Counted from the whole stretch's first letter, positions 39,100-48,866 are shown. The stretch: 62,080 nt of DNA, filler included, from Coriobacteriales bacterium (GCA_031263105.1; 10 parts of 10 records of this genome joined end to end with filler, not necessarily neighbours in it); one strand, 5' to 3'. The notes: generated by a model from the letters alone, not told the origin. Numbers and translations are program-made.

Positions 39100-39177
39100 G
39101 CTACACGTCACACCCCACTGTCATCCCGACCCCCCACTGTCATCCCGACCCCCCACTGTCATCCCGACCCCCCCACT
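39100..39177 (+). repeat. MITE end followed by tandem family A arms
   Basis: GCTACACGTCAC then (CCCCACTGTCATCCCGACC)n up to the gap. Confidence 0.85.
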
Positions 39178-39345
39178 NNNNNNNNNNNNNNNNNNNNNNN
39201 NNNNNNNNNNNNNNNNNNNNNTTAATTAATTAANNNNNNNNNNNNNNNNNNNNNNNNNNNNNNNNNNNNNNNNNNNNAGTGGGGGGCCGGGGTGACGGTG
39301 GGGGGCCGGGGTGACGGTGGGGGGGGGGGGGGGGGCTACGGGGAA

Positions 39346-39480
39346 CAGGGCGACGGGCAGGGCCACGGGCAGGGCGACGGGCAGGGCGACGGGCAGGGCC
39401 ACGGGCAGGGCCACGGGCAGGGCCACGGGCAGGGCGACGGGCAGGGCGACGGGCAGGGGGGGCCGGCAGGGCGACGGGCA
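39346..39480 (+). repeat. 12-bp tandem repeat
   Basis: (CAGGGC[G/C]ACGGG)n. Confidence 0.85.
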
Positions 39481-39501
39481 GGAAGACGAAAGAAGGTGGG
39501 G

Positions 39502-41130
39502 ATGGAGGCACTGGGCGACGCGTGGCGAATAGGCGAGGTCAAACGCAGTGCGCGGGGCGCCCTGCGCCGTAACTTCGCGGTCTGCTTCAGCGCCTGCATC
39601 ATCCTCGCCTTTATCGCATACAACCCCTCCGTGTTCAGCGACGACGTCAACGCCGTTGCCACGGGCCTGCACTCCATCGTCCAGGAGGCGCCGGGCACGC
39701 CGCTTGCCGATGCCATCGAGGGCCTGCTCGGCACCGTCGATACGGTCAAGAAGGCGACCTCCCTCGGCAGCGACTCGTCGGAGGGGGTCATCGCCACGGT
39801 CTATACGAAGGTGAGGAGCGCAGGGAGCGTCCATGGCGCCGTCCTTGAGCTCATCAACTCGGGCCTGTTCGCGAACCGCATCAGCCAGACGATCCTCGCC
39901 GGCATCGGTCTTCTCATCACCTTGCTCATCTTCCTGTTCCTCCGCGAGGTGCTCCAAATCGGCGCGCACCGCCTGCTCCTTGAGAACCGCATCTACCCAA
40001 AGACGCCGCTCGCGCGCCTGTTCTTCGTCTACCAGATGCGCCGCACCTTGCCTGCGGTGCGCATCATATGCCTCAAATACCTCTACCTCGTCCTCTGGTC
40101 CTTCACCATCGTAGGCCTGCCCTTGAAGTACTACGCCTACTATCTCGTGCCCTTCATCCAGGCCGAGAACCCCGGCATCGGAGCGCGCGCCGTCTTCAGG
40201 CTGTCGGGGCGCATGATGAGGGGGCAGCGCTTCCACGTGTTCCTCTTCGACCTGAGCTTTGTCGGATGGGCGCTGCTCTCGACGCTGACCTTCGGCATCG
40301 TCGGCTACCTTTGGTTCAACCCCTATCTGATGGCCGCCCAGGCCGAGCTGTATGCCGTGTTGCGCCTCTCGGCCCGCCGTCGCGCCCTCGCAGGGACCGA
40401 GGCCCTGAGGGACGCCGCCCTGTTCACCCCCTGGAGCGCCCCTGCGCCTGCCGCGCCTGCCGTGCCTGCCGTGCCTGCCGTGCCTGCCGCGCTGGAAGAG
40501 GATGCGCAGCGGGCCTTCGAGGAGGGCGCCTATCCCTTCGCGCTGTACTACCCCTTGGCGCGGCGCACGAGGCTGCGGGTGCCGGTGGGCACCCGTGAGC
40601 AGTACACGGCGCTCAACCTCGTGCTCATGTTCTTCCTGTTCTCCTTCGTCGGCTGGGTCTGGGAGTGCGGGATAGCGTTCGCCGAGTCCGGCATGTTCGT
40701 AAACCGTGGGACGCTCTACGGGCCGTGGGTTCCCATCTACGGCATCGGAGGGCTTGCCGTGGTGGTGGCCTTGGGCCGCCTGAGCCCCCGCCCGCTGCTC
40801 TGCTTCCTTGCCGCCGTCGTGCTCTGCGGCGTCATCGAGTACGTCAGCGCGACCCTCATCTGGAACCTGTACCACGTCAGGTACTGGGACTACAGCGGCT
40901 TCTTCTTCAACATCCAGGGCCGGGTCTGCCTTGAGGGGCTTCTGGCCTTCGGCGTCCTTGGCATGGTGGGGCTTTACGTGCTCGCGCCGCTGACGGACGA
41001 GCTGCTCCTCAAGCTGCCGCTCCGTCTCCGCCGCGTGCTCTGCGCCCTGCTGCTGGCGTCCTTCGGCATCGACCTCGCCTCAAGCCTGGCCTTCCCCCGC
41101 ACCGGCATCGGCATCACGACGAGGCTGTAG
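39502..41130 (+). CDS. DUF975-family membrane protein fused to a CmpB/DUF1113-type putative permease domain
   Basis: LWSFTIVG..KYYAYYLVPFIQAENP..DLSFVGW, then FVGWVWE..NRGTLYGPWVPIYG..WDYS..NIQGRVCL. Confidence 0.82.
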   Translation: MEALGDAWRIGEVKRSARGALRRNFAVCFSACIILAFIAYNPSVFSDDVNAVATGLHSIVQEAPGTPLADAIEGLLGTVDTVKKATSLGSDSSEGVIATVYTKVRSAGSVHGAVLELINSGLFANRISQTILAGIGLLITLLIFLFLREVLQIGAHRLLLENRIYPKTPLARLFFVYQMRRTLPAVRIICLKYLYLVLWSFTIVGLPLKYYAYYLVPFIQAENPGIGARAVFRLSGRMMRGQRFHVFLFDLSFVGWALLSTLTFGIVGYLWFNPYLMAAQAELYAVLRLSARRRALAGTEALRDAALFTPWSAPAPAAPAVPAVPAVPAALEEDAQRAFEEGAYPFALYYPLARRTRLRVPVGTREQYTALNLVLMFFLFSFVGWVWECGIAFAESGMFVNRGTLYGPWVPIYGIGGLAVVVALGRLSPRPLLCFLAAVVLCGVIEYVSATLIWNLYHVRYWDYSGFFFNIQGRVCLEGLLAFGVLGMVGLYVLAPLTDELLLKLPLRLRRVLCALLLASFGIDLASSLAFPRTGIGITTRL

Positions 41131-41200
41131 GGATTGCGGGCGGGGCGCGCCGATTTCCCGTTGCGGGCGGGGCGTGCCGATTTCCCGTTGCGGGGCTCCC

Positions 41201-42490
41201 TCAGTCCTTCGTGCCCTCGACGCGGATGAGGACGGCGGGGCCGGTGAGGATGCCGGTCGCCTCTATGCCTGCAAGCGTCGCGCGGATGGCGGACTCCTTG
41301 GCGGTGTGCGTCACGTAGATGAGCTCGGCCGTGCCGTCCGTGGCGCCGCGCTGGACCATCGAGTAGATGGAGACGCCCTGCTCGGCGAAGACCTGGGCGG
41401 TCGTGGCGAGCACGCCGGGGCGGTCGGGCACCGGCAGGCGCAGGTAGTAGCTGGTCTCCAGCTCGTCGATGGGCCTGATGGGCAGGCCCTCGGTGTCCCA
41501 GACGGGCTGGGTTATGGACTCGCGGTAGGCGAGGTGCCGTCCGACCTCGATGAGGTCGCCGACCACGGACGACGCCGCCGCGCCCGCCCCGGCCCCTTCG
41601 CCGAAGAACATGGTCTCCCCCACCGAGTCGCCCACCACGTAGATCGCGTTGAAGACCCCGTTGACCGAGGAGAGCGGGTGCGCGAGGGGCAGCATGGCGG
41701 GGTGGACACGAATGTCGATGCCCTCGGCGGTGCGCTTGGCGATGGCGAGCAGCTTGATGGCGTAGCCCATCTCGCGGGCATGGCCGAGGTCGGTCGGGGA
41801 GATGCCCGTGATGCCCTCGGTCGCCACCTCTGCAAGGCCCACGTCGGTGTTGAAGGCGATGGTCGCCAGGATGGCTATCTTGGCGGCAGCGTCAAGGCCC
41901 TCGACGTCGGCCGTGGGGTCGGCCTCGGCAAAGCCTTGCGCCTGCGCCTCCCTGAGCGCCTCCCCGTATTCGAGCGCGCCCTCGTTCATGCGGGTGAGCA
42001 TGTAGTTCGTGGTGCCGTTGACGATGCCGACGACGGAGAGTATCCGGTTGCCGGCGAGCGTGTGGCGCAGAGGGCCGATGATGGGGATGCCTCCGCCCAC
42101 CGATGCCTCGAACGCGATCTCCGTGCCCTTGCTCGCGGCGAGCCCCATGAGCTCGTGCCCGCAGGCGGCAATGAGCGCCTTGTTGGCGGTGACGACCGAC
42201 TTGCCCGCGTTCAACGCCGCGAACACGAAGTCCTTGGCGACCGTCGTGCCGCCGACCAGCTCGATGACGACATCGACCTCGGGGTGCCGTATCACGTCAT
42301 GGCCGTCGAAGGAGAAGATGTCGCGCACCCCGAGCCTGTCCGCCTCCTCGCTCTCGCGCGAGGCGACCGCCACGAGCCTCAAATCGATGTCCTGGTCGCG
42401 CACGAAGTCGTCATGATGCTCCTTGAGGATGCGGACGACCCCGCCGCCCACGGTCCCCAAGCCTATCAGTCCTACATTGATGGTCTTCAT
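41201..42490 (-). CDS. hom: Homoserine dehydrogenase with ACT domain
   Basis: GLGTVG, VTANK, FEASVGGGIP, NGTTNY, EADPTADVEG..AAAK and DRPGVL. Confidence 0.96.
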   Translation of the reverse strand: MKTINVGLIGLGTVGGGVVRILKEHHDDFVRDQDIDLRLVAVASRESEEADRLGVRDIFSFDGHDVIRHPEVDVVIELVGGTTVAKDFVFAALNAGKSVVTANKALIAACGHELMGLAASKGTEIAFEASVGGGIPIIGPLRHTLAGNRILSVVGIVNGTTNYMLTRMNEGALEYGEALREAQAQGFAEADPTADVEGLDAAAKIAILATIAFNTDVGLAEVATEGITGISPTDLGHAREMGYAIKLLAIAKRTAEGIDIRVHPAMLPLAHPLSSVNGVFNAIYVVGDSVGETMFFGEGAGAGAAASSVVGDLIEVGRHLAYRESITQPVWDTEGLPIRPIDELETSYYLRLPVPDRPGVLATTAQVFAEQGVSIYSMVQRGATDGTAELIYVTHTAKESAIRATLAGIEATGILTGPAVLIRVEGTKD

Positions 42491-42519
42491 CGCAATCCTT
42501 TCATGGAAGTAGCCATATC

Positions 42520-42641
42520 CTTCGACCTACGGTCGACCGCTGGCGCGGTCGAAGATTCCTCGGCAGGCTCGGAATGTCAGTGGGGGACGGGATGACAGTG
42601 GGGGACGGGATGACAGTGGGGGACGGGATGACAGTGGGGGT
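42520..42641 (-). repeat. Family A element followed by tandem arms
   Basis: GATTCCTCGGCAGGCTCGGAATGTCAGTG then (GGGGACGGGATGACAGTG)n. Confidence 0.85.
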
Positions 42642-42741
42642 NNNNNNNNNNNNNNNNNNNNNNNNNNNNNNNNNNNNNNNNNNNNTTAATTAATTAANNN
42701 NNNNNNNNNNNNNNNNNNNNNNNNNNNNNNNNNNNNNNNNN

Positions 42742-42860
42742 GTCCCCACTGTCACACGCGGGCCGTGACAGAACGGTGCCGTCCCCACTGTCACACGCGG
42801 GCCGTGACAGAACAGTACCGTCCCCACTGTCACAAAACGTGCCGTCCCCCCTGCCACACG
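42742..42860. repeat. Family B repeat array (intergenic)
   Basis: 39-bp units GTCCCCACTGTCACACGCGGGCCGTGACAGAAC... Confidence 0.8.
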
Positions 42861-42881
42861 CGTTCTGTGCTGCCGGACGGG

Positions 42882-43868
42882 TCACCGCTGCCCCTGCCGA
42901 GCCGCCTCACGGATCGCCCGCAGCGCGGCGCAGGGGTCGTCTGCGCCGAAGACGGCGTTGCCGGCGACCAGCACGTCGGCACCCTGGGCGGCGACGAGCG
43001 GCGCGGTTCGCACGTCGATGCCGCCGTCCACCTCGAGCAGGGGGTCCGCCCGGGCAGTGCGCGCCAGTGCGACGACCTGCGCGAGCTTGTCCAGCGTTGC
43101 CTCGATGAAGCGCTGCCCTCCGAAGCCCGGATGGACGCTCATCACCAGGACGAGGTCGACGAGCCCGATGAACGGCCCGAGCACCGCCGCCGGCGTGCCA
43201 GGGTCGAGCGCCACGCCTGCGGCAGCCCCCGCCGCATGGATGCGTTCGATGAGCGCCACGAGCGCGTCGGGATCCTCGACGCACTCCACAGAAGGCGAGG
43301 TGCCGGGGGCACCCCCGCCTGCAGCCCCCGTTCTACGGGCATTTCCGACAGTACCGTCCGCACCACTTCCGACAGTACCGTCCGCACCACTGCCGACAGT
43401 ACCGTCCACACCACTTCCGACAGTACCGTCCACACCACTGTCATTCCGAGCCTGTCGAGGAATCTTTGGTCGCGAAGCGACCAACCGCAGGTCGAGGGAT
43501 TCCCCGACCGCACTTCGCTGCGCTCGGAATGACAGTGGGGACGCGAGCGGTAACCCGCCCCCGCCCCCGCAGTCCGCCCCGCTGCTCTCCACATGGACCG
43601 TGACGAGGTCGGCGCCTGCGTCAAGGAACCGGTCGAGCTGTTCGGCGGGGTTCGAGATCATCAGGTGCACGTCGAGGGGCAGGGCCTGGGCCTGCTTGAG
43701 CGCCTTGACGACAGGGGGGCCGATCGTCAGGTTGGGGACGAAATGCCCGTCCATGACGTCCACGTGCAGCCATTCGGGCCGCGCCTGTCCGATGAGGCGC
43801 ACGTCGCGCTCGAGGTTGAGGAAGTCCGCCGCGAGCAGCGAGGGCGCCAGCTGTATGTCCCTGAACAT
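42882..43868 (-). CDS. rpe: Ribulose-phosphate 3-epimerase with a ~100-aa in-frame insertion
   Basis: APSLLAADF, HVDVMDGHFVPN, DVHLM, MSVHPGFGGQ, VDGGI and VAG; insert follows VTVHVE. Confidence 0.95.
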   Translation of the reverse strand: MFRDIQLAPSLLAADFLNLERDVRLIGQARPEWLHVDVMDGHFVPNLTIGPPVVKALKQAQALPLDVHLMISNPAEQLDRFLDAGADLVTVHVESSGADCGGGGGLPLASPLSFRAQRSAVGESLDLRLVASRPKIPRQARNDSGVDGTVGSGVDGTVGSGADGTVGSGADGTVGNARRTGAAGGGAPGTSPSVECVEDPDALVALIERIHAAGAAAGVALDPGTPAAVLGPFIGLVDLVLVMSVHPGFGGQRFIEATLDKLAQVVALARTARADPLLEVDGGIDVRTAPLVAAQGADVLVAGNAVFGADDPCAALRAIREAARQGQR

Positions 43869-43882
43869 GCCCGGCCGTCTCC

Positions 43883-45004
43883 CTAATAGAACTCGGGCTT
43901 GAAGGAGCGCTCGATGAGCGAGGCGAGCGCCTCGTCGAGGGGCTGCTGCTCCCAGACGACGCTGCGGACCATCGTGCTGATGGGCATGTCGACGCCGTGC
44001 GAGTGCGCCAGCTCCGTGACCGACTTGCAGGCAAGGGCGCCCTCCACCACCATGTGGGTGCGCGCCTGGTAGGCCTCGAGCGAGCCCCCCTGGGCGAGTT
44101 CGAGCCCAAAGGAGCGGTTGCGCGAGTGAGGGGAGGTGCAGGTGGCGATGAGGTCGCCCATCCCGGCGAGGCCCATGCAGGTGAACGCGTCGCCCCCGGC
44201 ACGGGTCACGAGGCGGCCGATCTCGGCGAGGCCGCGCGTCATGAGCAGCGCGGCCGTGTTGTCGCCAAGGCCCATGCCGGCCGCCAGCCCGCAGGAGATG
44301 GCGACGATGTTCTTCGCGGCGCCGCACAGCTGCACCCCTACGGTGTCGCACGAGGTGTAGACGCGGAAGGCCGGTGTGGCGAAAAGCGTCTGGAAGATGT
44401 CGGCGGTCGCATGCGTGGAGGATGCGACGACCGTTGCGGACGGCATCGCGCGCGCGACCTCCTCGGCATGGTTCGGCCCCGAGAGCACCGCAAGCCGCGT
44501 CTCGCCCCCGAGGCTTTCGGCGAGGACATCGAGCAGGAACGTGCCCGCCTGCGCCTCGATTCCCTTGGAGAGCAGCACCACGGGCGTCGCGGCATCGAGG
44601 TGCGGGGCGATGCGCCCGCCCATCTCCCTCACGACGGCGGAGGGCGTCGCAAGCACGACGGCCTCGGTGCCCCCGAGCGTCTCGGCAAGGTCGGTGCTGG
44701 CACAGACGGTGGGAGGAAAGGCGACGTCTGCGAGGTAGCGGGGGTTGTGGCGCGTCGCATTGATGCCGTGTGCCAGTTCCTCGTCGCGTGCCCAGAGGCG
44801 CACGTCGATGCCCTTGCTGCCGAGCAGCCAGGCGACGGCGCTCCCCCAGGAGCCCGCCCCGATGACGGATGCCCTCATGACAGGCGCGACGCTCGGTGCG
44901 GCGTCCCGTGCGGCATCTGGCCCGCTGTCCGTCGCGGTGCCCGGCCCGCTGTCCGTCGCGGCATCCGTCGCGGCATCCGCCCTGCCGTGCGATGCGGTGT
45001 TCAA
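43883..45004 (-). CDS. gpsA: NAD(P)H-dependent glycerol-3-phosphate dehydrogenase
   Basis: GAGSWG, SKGIE, SGPNHA, KNIVAI and GMGDLIATCTSPHSRNR. Confidence 0.95.
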   Translation of the reverse strand: MNTASHGRADAATDAATDSGPGTATDSGPDAARDAAPSVAPVMRASVIGAGSWGSAVAWLLGSKGIDVRLWARDEELAHGINATRHNPRYLADVAFPPTVCASTDLAETLGGTEAVVLATPSAVVREMGGRIAPHLDAATPVVLLSKGIEAQAGTFLLDVLAESLGGETRLAVLSGPNHAEEVARAMPSATVVASSTHATADIFQTLFATPAFRVYTSCDTVGVQLCGAAKNIVAISCGLAAGMGLGDNTAALLMTRGLAEIGRLVTRAGGDAFTCMGLAGMGDLIATCTSPHSRNRSFGLELAQGGSLEAYQARTHMVVEGALACKSVTELAHSHGVDMPISTMVRSVVWEQQPLDEALASLIERSFKPEFY

Positions 45005-45012
45005 CGTGGTGT

Positions 45013-45822
45013 TCAGTGCTGCCTCCTCTTCTCTCCGCCTTTCTTTCCGATGCGGTTCTCGCTGCCTTCTCTCAGGTGCCTTATGTTATCACGATGCGCC
45101 CAGGTGATAGCGACGGCAAGGAGGACGCCGAGCGAGACCGCGAGCCAGTCGCCCCAAAACAGCACGAGCGCCAGGACGGGGCACAGGAGCGCCGCCGCGA
45201 TGGAGCCGATGGAGACGTAGCGCGTGAGTGCGACCAGGGCGGCGAAGAGGCCGAGTTCGATAAACGCCCCCACCCAGCCGTAGCTGACGAACACGCATCC
45301 GATGGCAACGGCTATGCCCTTGCCCCCCTTGAAGCCCAGCCAAGGGGAGAAGATATGCCCGAGCGTGCAGCCGGCAAGCGCCGTCATCAGGAAGTCCGCC
45401 TCGTGCAGCACGCCGCCGGCGGGTGTGGCGCTGGCGGTGGGTGCGGCGGCGGCGGCCACGACCCCGCCCGCCGCGCCCGCTGCCGCACCGTCGCCTGCGC
45501 CGCCGGAGGTCACGGCACCCAGCAGGGCCTGCAGGCCGCCGGGAGGCGTGTCGACGAGGGGCACCCCGAGGAACGGGGCCAGGTGCGAAGCGACGGCCCA
45601 GGCGGCAAGGCCGGCGAGCAGCCCCTTGCCGAAGTCGAGGGCGAACACCGCGCCGCCGCCGCGTTTGCCGAGCGTGCGCAGGGCGTTCGTCGTGCCGATA
45701 TTGCCCGAGCCGTGCGTGCGTATGTCGGTGCGGAAGAACAGCCGCGCTATGATGATGCCCCAGGGCACGGAGCCCAGCAGGAAGCTGAAGACAAGCGTCA
45801 GCAGCAGGAGGGACACGCCCAT
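45013..45822 (-). CDS. plsY: Glycerol-3-phosphate acyltransferase PlsY with an Ala/Gly-rich insertion
   Basis: GSVP, DIRTHGSGNIGTTN, GHIFS..FKGGKG and HRDNI. Confidence 0.94.
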   Translation of the reverse strand: MGVSLLLLTLVFSFLLGSVPWGIIIARLFFRTDIRTHGSGNIGTTNALRTLGKRGGGAVFALDFGKGLLAGLAAWAVASHLAPFLGVPLVDTPPGGLQALLGAVTSGGAGDGAAAGAAGGVVAAAAAPTASATPAGGVLHEADFLMTALAGCTLGHIFSPWLGFKGGKGIAVAIGCVFVSYGWVGAFIELGLFAALVALTRYVSIGSIAAALLCPVLALVLFWGDWLAVSLGVLLAVAITWAHRDNIRHLREGSENRIGKKGGEKRRQH

Positions 45823-45830
45823 CTCCCCAC

Positions 45831-47327
45831 CTAGTCCTTCTTCTTGAACCGCAGGCGCACCGGCGTGCCCTCCAGCGCGAAGGCCTCGCGCAGGCGGCCT
45901 TCGAGGTAGCGCCGGAAGCTGCTGTCGATGATGTGCGGATGGTTGGCGAAGAACGTGAACTGCGGGGGGCAGACGCCGGTCTGCGTGACGTAGTGGATCC
46001 GCAGCCGCAGCTTGCCCCGTGAGACCGTGTGGCCGAAGTCGCGCAGCTCGGTGAGGAGGGCGTTGAGCTTTGGGGTGGGGATGTGCGCGGAGAAGTTCGC
46101 GTACACCGAGTCGATGGCGCCCCAGATGCGATGGACGCTGCGCCCGGTCAGTGCGCTGATGGCGAGGGCCGGCGCATAGGAGACGAAGGGGAGACGGTCG
46201 GCGATCTGGGTGCGCAGGGCCTCGCGCTCCTCGGGGGTCTCAAGGAGGTCCCACTTGTTGAGCAGGACGATGAGGGCGCAGCCGCGTTCGTCGGCGAGGT
46301 TGGCGACCCGCTGGTCGTTGTCCGTCAGCCCGAGCACGGAGTCGATCATGAGCAGGGCCACGTCGGCGCGGTCGATGGCGCGCAGCGCCCGGACGAAGCC
46401 GTAGTACTCCACGCTCTCGTCGATCTTCGACTTGCGGCGGATGCCTGCGGTGTCGATGATGCGGTAGCGCGTCCCCTCGTGTTCGACGAGGGTGTCGATG
46501 GCGTCGCGGGTGGTTCCGGCGACGTCGCTGACGATGGAGCGCTCGCGCCCGACGAGGCGGTTGGTGAGGGAGGACTTCCCCACGTTCGGTCGCCCGATGA
46601 TGGCGACGGGTATGGCAGGCGCGTCGGCGGAGAGGGCCGCCTCGGACACAGATGGCACGGAGGAGGACACAGAGGGACGGTTCTTTTGTGCGGCCGTATC
46701 GGCTTCGTGTCCGTTTTGGTTGCACAAAAGAACCGTCCCTCTGTGTCCTCCTCCGTGCCCTGCTGCGGCATCCGGGACGTCTGCTGCGGCGGCAGCCCCC
46801 GCACTTCTCCCCTCGTCCATCGTATCCACCGCTGGCAGCAGGGCCACGAGCTCGTCGAGCAGGTCGCCCGTGCCGTGCCCGTGCGTGCTCGAGACGGGCC
46901 ACGGCGAGCCCAGCCCAAGGTTGTGGAACTCCCAGAGGGCGCTCTCCTCGGCGGGGTTGTCCATCTTGTTCACGAGGAGCATCACCGGATGCCCCGAGCG
47001 CTTGAGCAGGCGTGTGACCTCGATGTCGTCGGCCGTGAGGCCGCTGCGCGCGTCCGTCATGAAGAGGATGACGTCCGCCTCCTCGGTCGCGAGCAGCGCC
47101 TGGTTGCGGATGGAGTTCTGGAAGGCGTCCTCGGCCCCCATCTCGATACCGCCCGTGTCGATGAGGACGAAGTCCCTGCCGTTCCAGTCGGCCTGATGGT
47201 AGGAGCGGTCGCGCGTGACGCCGCGCTGCTCGTGCACGATGGCGTCCTTGGTGAGCGCTATGCGGTTGACGAAGGTGGATTTGCCGACGTTGGGCCGACC
47301 TACCACCGCCACGATCGGTAGTGCCAC
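45831..47327 (-). CDS. der: Ribosome biogenesis GTPase Der with an expanded inter-domain linker
   Basis: Two GRPNVGKS G-domains, TRD, DTGG/DTAG, NKMD/NKWD and KH-like end; GTG start inferred. Confidence 0.96.
   Translation of the reverse strand: MALPIVAVVGRPNVGKSTFVNRIALTKDAIVHEQRGVTRDRSYHQADWNGRDFVLIDTGGIEMGAEDAFQNSIRNQALLATEEADVILFMTDARSGLTADDIEVTRLLKRSGHPVMLLVNKMDNPAEESALWEFHNLGLGSPWPVSSTHGHGTGDLLDELVALLPAVDTMDEGRSAGAAAAADVPDAAAGHGGGHRGTVLLCNQNGHEADTAAQKNRPSVSSSVPSVSEAALSADAPAIPVAIIGRPNVGKSSLTNRLVGRERSIVSDVAGTTRDAIDTLVEHEGTRYRIIDTAGIRRKSKIDESVEYYGFVRALRAIDRADVALLMIDSVLGLTDNDQRVANLADERGCALIVLLNKWDLLETPEEREALRTQIADRLPFVSYAPALAISALTGRSVHRIWGAIDSVYANFSAHIPTPKLNALLTELRDFGHTVSRGKLRLRIHYVTQTGVCPPQFTFFANHPHIIDSSFRRYLEGRLREAFALEGTPVRLRFKKKD
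46654..46759. repeat. Perfect 38-bp inverted repeat (family B-related) in frame in der
   Basis: GGCACGGAGGAGGACACAGAGGGACGGTTCTTTTGTGC-N30-exact reverse complement. Confidence 0.92.
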
Positions 47328-47444
47328 AGTGTTCCTGTCCGTGTCGCCCTCGTTTTCCAGCAGGGATAGGGATGTCCCGACAAGCTGTCGGGCACCCATC
47401 TTACCATAGGCCCGGGCAGGGACGAGGCCGCGACAAGGGGCCTT

Positions 47445-47838
47445 GTTACACCCCCACTGTCATCCCGAGCCCCCACTGTCATCCCGAGCCCCCACTGTCA
47501 TCCCGAGCCCCCACTGTCATCCCGAGCCCTGCCGAGGGATCTTCGACCGCGCCAGCGGTCGACCGCAGGCCGAAGGGCCCCCTGACCTACCGTTGGACAC
47601 TGCGTGTCCAAGGATTCCTCGACGGAGTTTATCCTGAGCGCAGCGAAGGACCTTCGCTGCGCTCGGAATGACGGTGGGGTGCGTGGGGGTTACTGGTCAG
47701 ACCCTACTGTCATTCCGAGCGTAGCAAAGCGAAGCCGAGGAATCTTTGGGCGCATCAGCGCCCAACCGGGCTCGTTGTCTGCTTCGCAGCCAAAGATTCC
47801 TCACGCTCGGGCTTCGCCCTCGGTTCGGAATGACAGTG
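47445..47838. repeat. Two family A elements plus tandem arms between der and ssrA
   Basis: Four CCCCACTGTCATCCCGAGC arms; closing GCTCGGAATGAC; second element at 47706-47838. Confidence 0.88.
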
Positions 47839-47918
47839 TGAGCAGTAACGCGTGGGGTGCGAGCAGTGACCGGCAGTGACCGGCAAGCCGGTCGTCTGCG
47901 ACATACTGCACGGAATGG

Positions 47919-47927
47919 TGCTATACT
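47919..47927 (+). promoter_or_regulatory. Putative extended -10 of ssrA
   Basis: TGCTATACT 70 nt upstream of the mature 5' end. Confidence 0.55.
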
Positions 47928-47996
47928 GTCTCCTGCCCGCCTTCGTGTCGCGTCGGGCGCACCTTGAGAAGTCAGCCACTGGTTGACCCGCTTGCC

Positions 47997-48346
47997 GGGG
48001 GCGACTGGTTTCGACATGATAGCCTTGCGAGAGGAAGCATGCGGTGGTCTCCTCGCCACCTAAAACAGGGGTACCGTCAAATTTAATTGACAACAGAAGC
48101 TATGCCCTCGCTGCCTGATTGAGCAGCGACGTCCGGTCCGGGGACTTCCCTACCCCTGACAGGACGACATCTCAGGGAATGCTCCTGCGGACGTAGCCGG
48201 TATGCCGCAGGAAAAGAAAGAACCAGCTAGCGACGTGCGCGCTTGTCTGTTGACGCGCCCCAAGCGAACCCTTCCAACAGACTGAGCATGGAGAAGCTCT
48301 CAAGGGGTTACCATGGACCGGAGTTCGATCCTCCGCGCCTCCACCA
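47997..48346 (+). ncRNA. ssrA: tmRNA; tag (A)DNRSYALAA* at 48089-48118
   Basis: 5' GGGGGCGACTGGTTTCGAC; 3' T-arm GGAGTTCGATCCTCC and CGCCTCCACCA; G3:U pair in the acceptor stem. Confidence 0.96.
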
Positions 48347-48454
48347 AACTACTTCTATACGAACTCTGTCTTGGGTTCGTATAAGGATGACTCTGCGCCA
48401 CCAATCTCACGCATGTCTTATTCTGGCAACGCCATGCGAACGAGGCACTGTCTC

Positions 48455-48703
48455 TCAAATGCCGTGGTAGATTCCCTCGCTTGACAGGTCATGCATCTCG
48501 TCCCAGGCTATCGCGTCCCCGCCAAGGGTAATCTTGACCCGGCGGAACGTATCGGAGTCCTCGACGACAGATTTATAAAACGGGTAACGGTCAGCGAACT
48601 TTGCCACGTCGAACCGATGGACGCTCCCGTCGTCAAAATCACACTCAACGGTAAAGCTGCTCAAAGGTTTGACCGACACTATCCTATGCTCGTGCAACGC
48701 CAT
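48455..48703 (-). CDS. DUF2442-domain protein (putative antitoxin partner)
   Basis: IVSVKPL..FDDG..FRRVKI..GGDAIAW..DLSSE; AAGGAGG RBS. Confidence 0.8.
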   Translation of the reverse strand: MALHEHRIVSVKPLSSFTVECDFDDGSVHRFDVAKFADRYPFYKSVVEDSDTFRRVKITLGGDAIAWDEMHDLSSEGIYHGI

Positions 48704-48713
48704 GGTGGCCTCC

Positions 48714-48780
48714 TTACGGCAGCGGGTCAAGCTTCCTGAACTCCTGCGACTCCCACATCTCCAACAACTCGTCTCGGTGG
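48714..48780 (-). pseudogene. 3' remnant of a DUF4160-like gene
   Basis: HRDELLEMWESQEFRKLDPLP* directly upstream of DUF2442; no recognisable 5' part. Confidence 0.6.
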
Positions 48781-48866
48781 AATATCTTCTGCAACTCATT
48801 ATACTCTGGAACTGCATCGCTTTTGAAAACGCGATGGCAGCAGTTGACAATGCACGCAAAGCGCAC

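Noticed and set aside
43290..43590. Intein or intron as the explanation for the rpe and der insertions
   Set aside because: No intein C-terminal His-Asn motif, no endonuclease or maturase, and the DNA matches dispersed repeat families.
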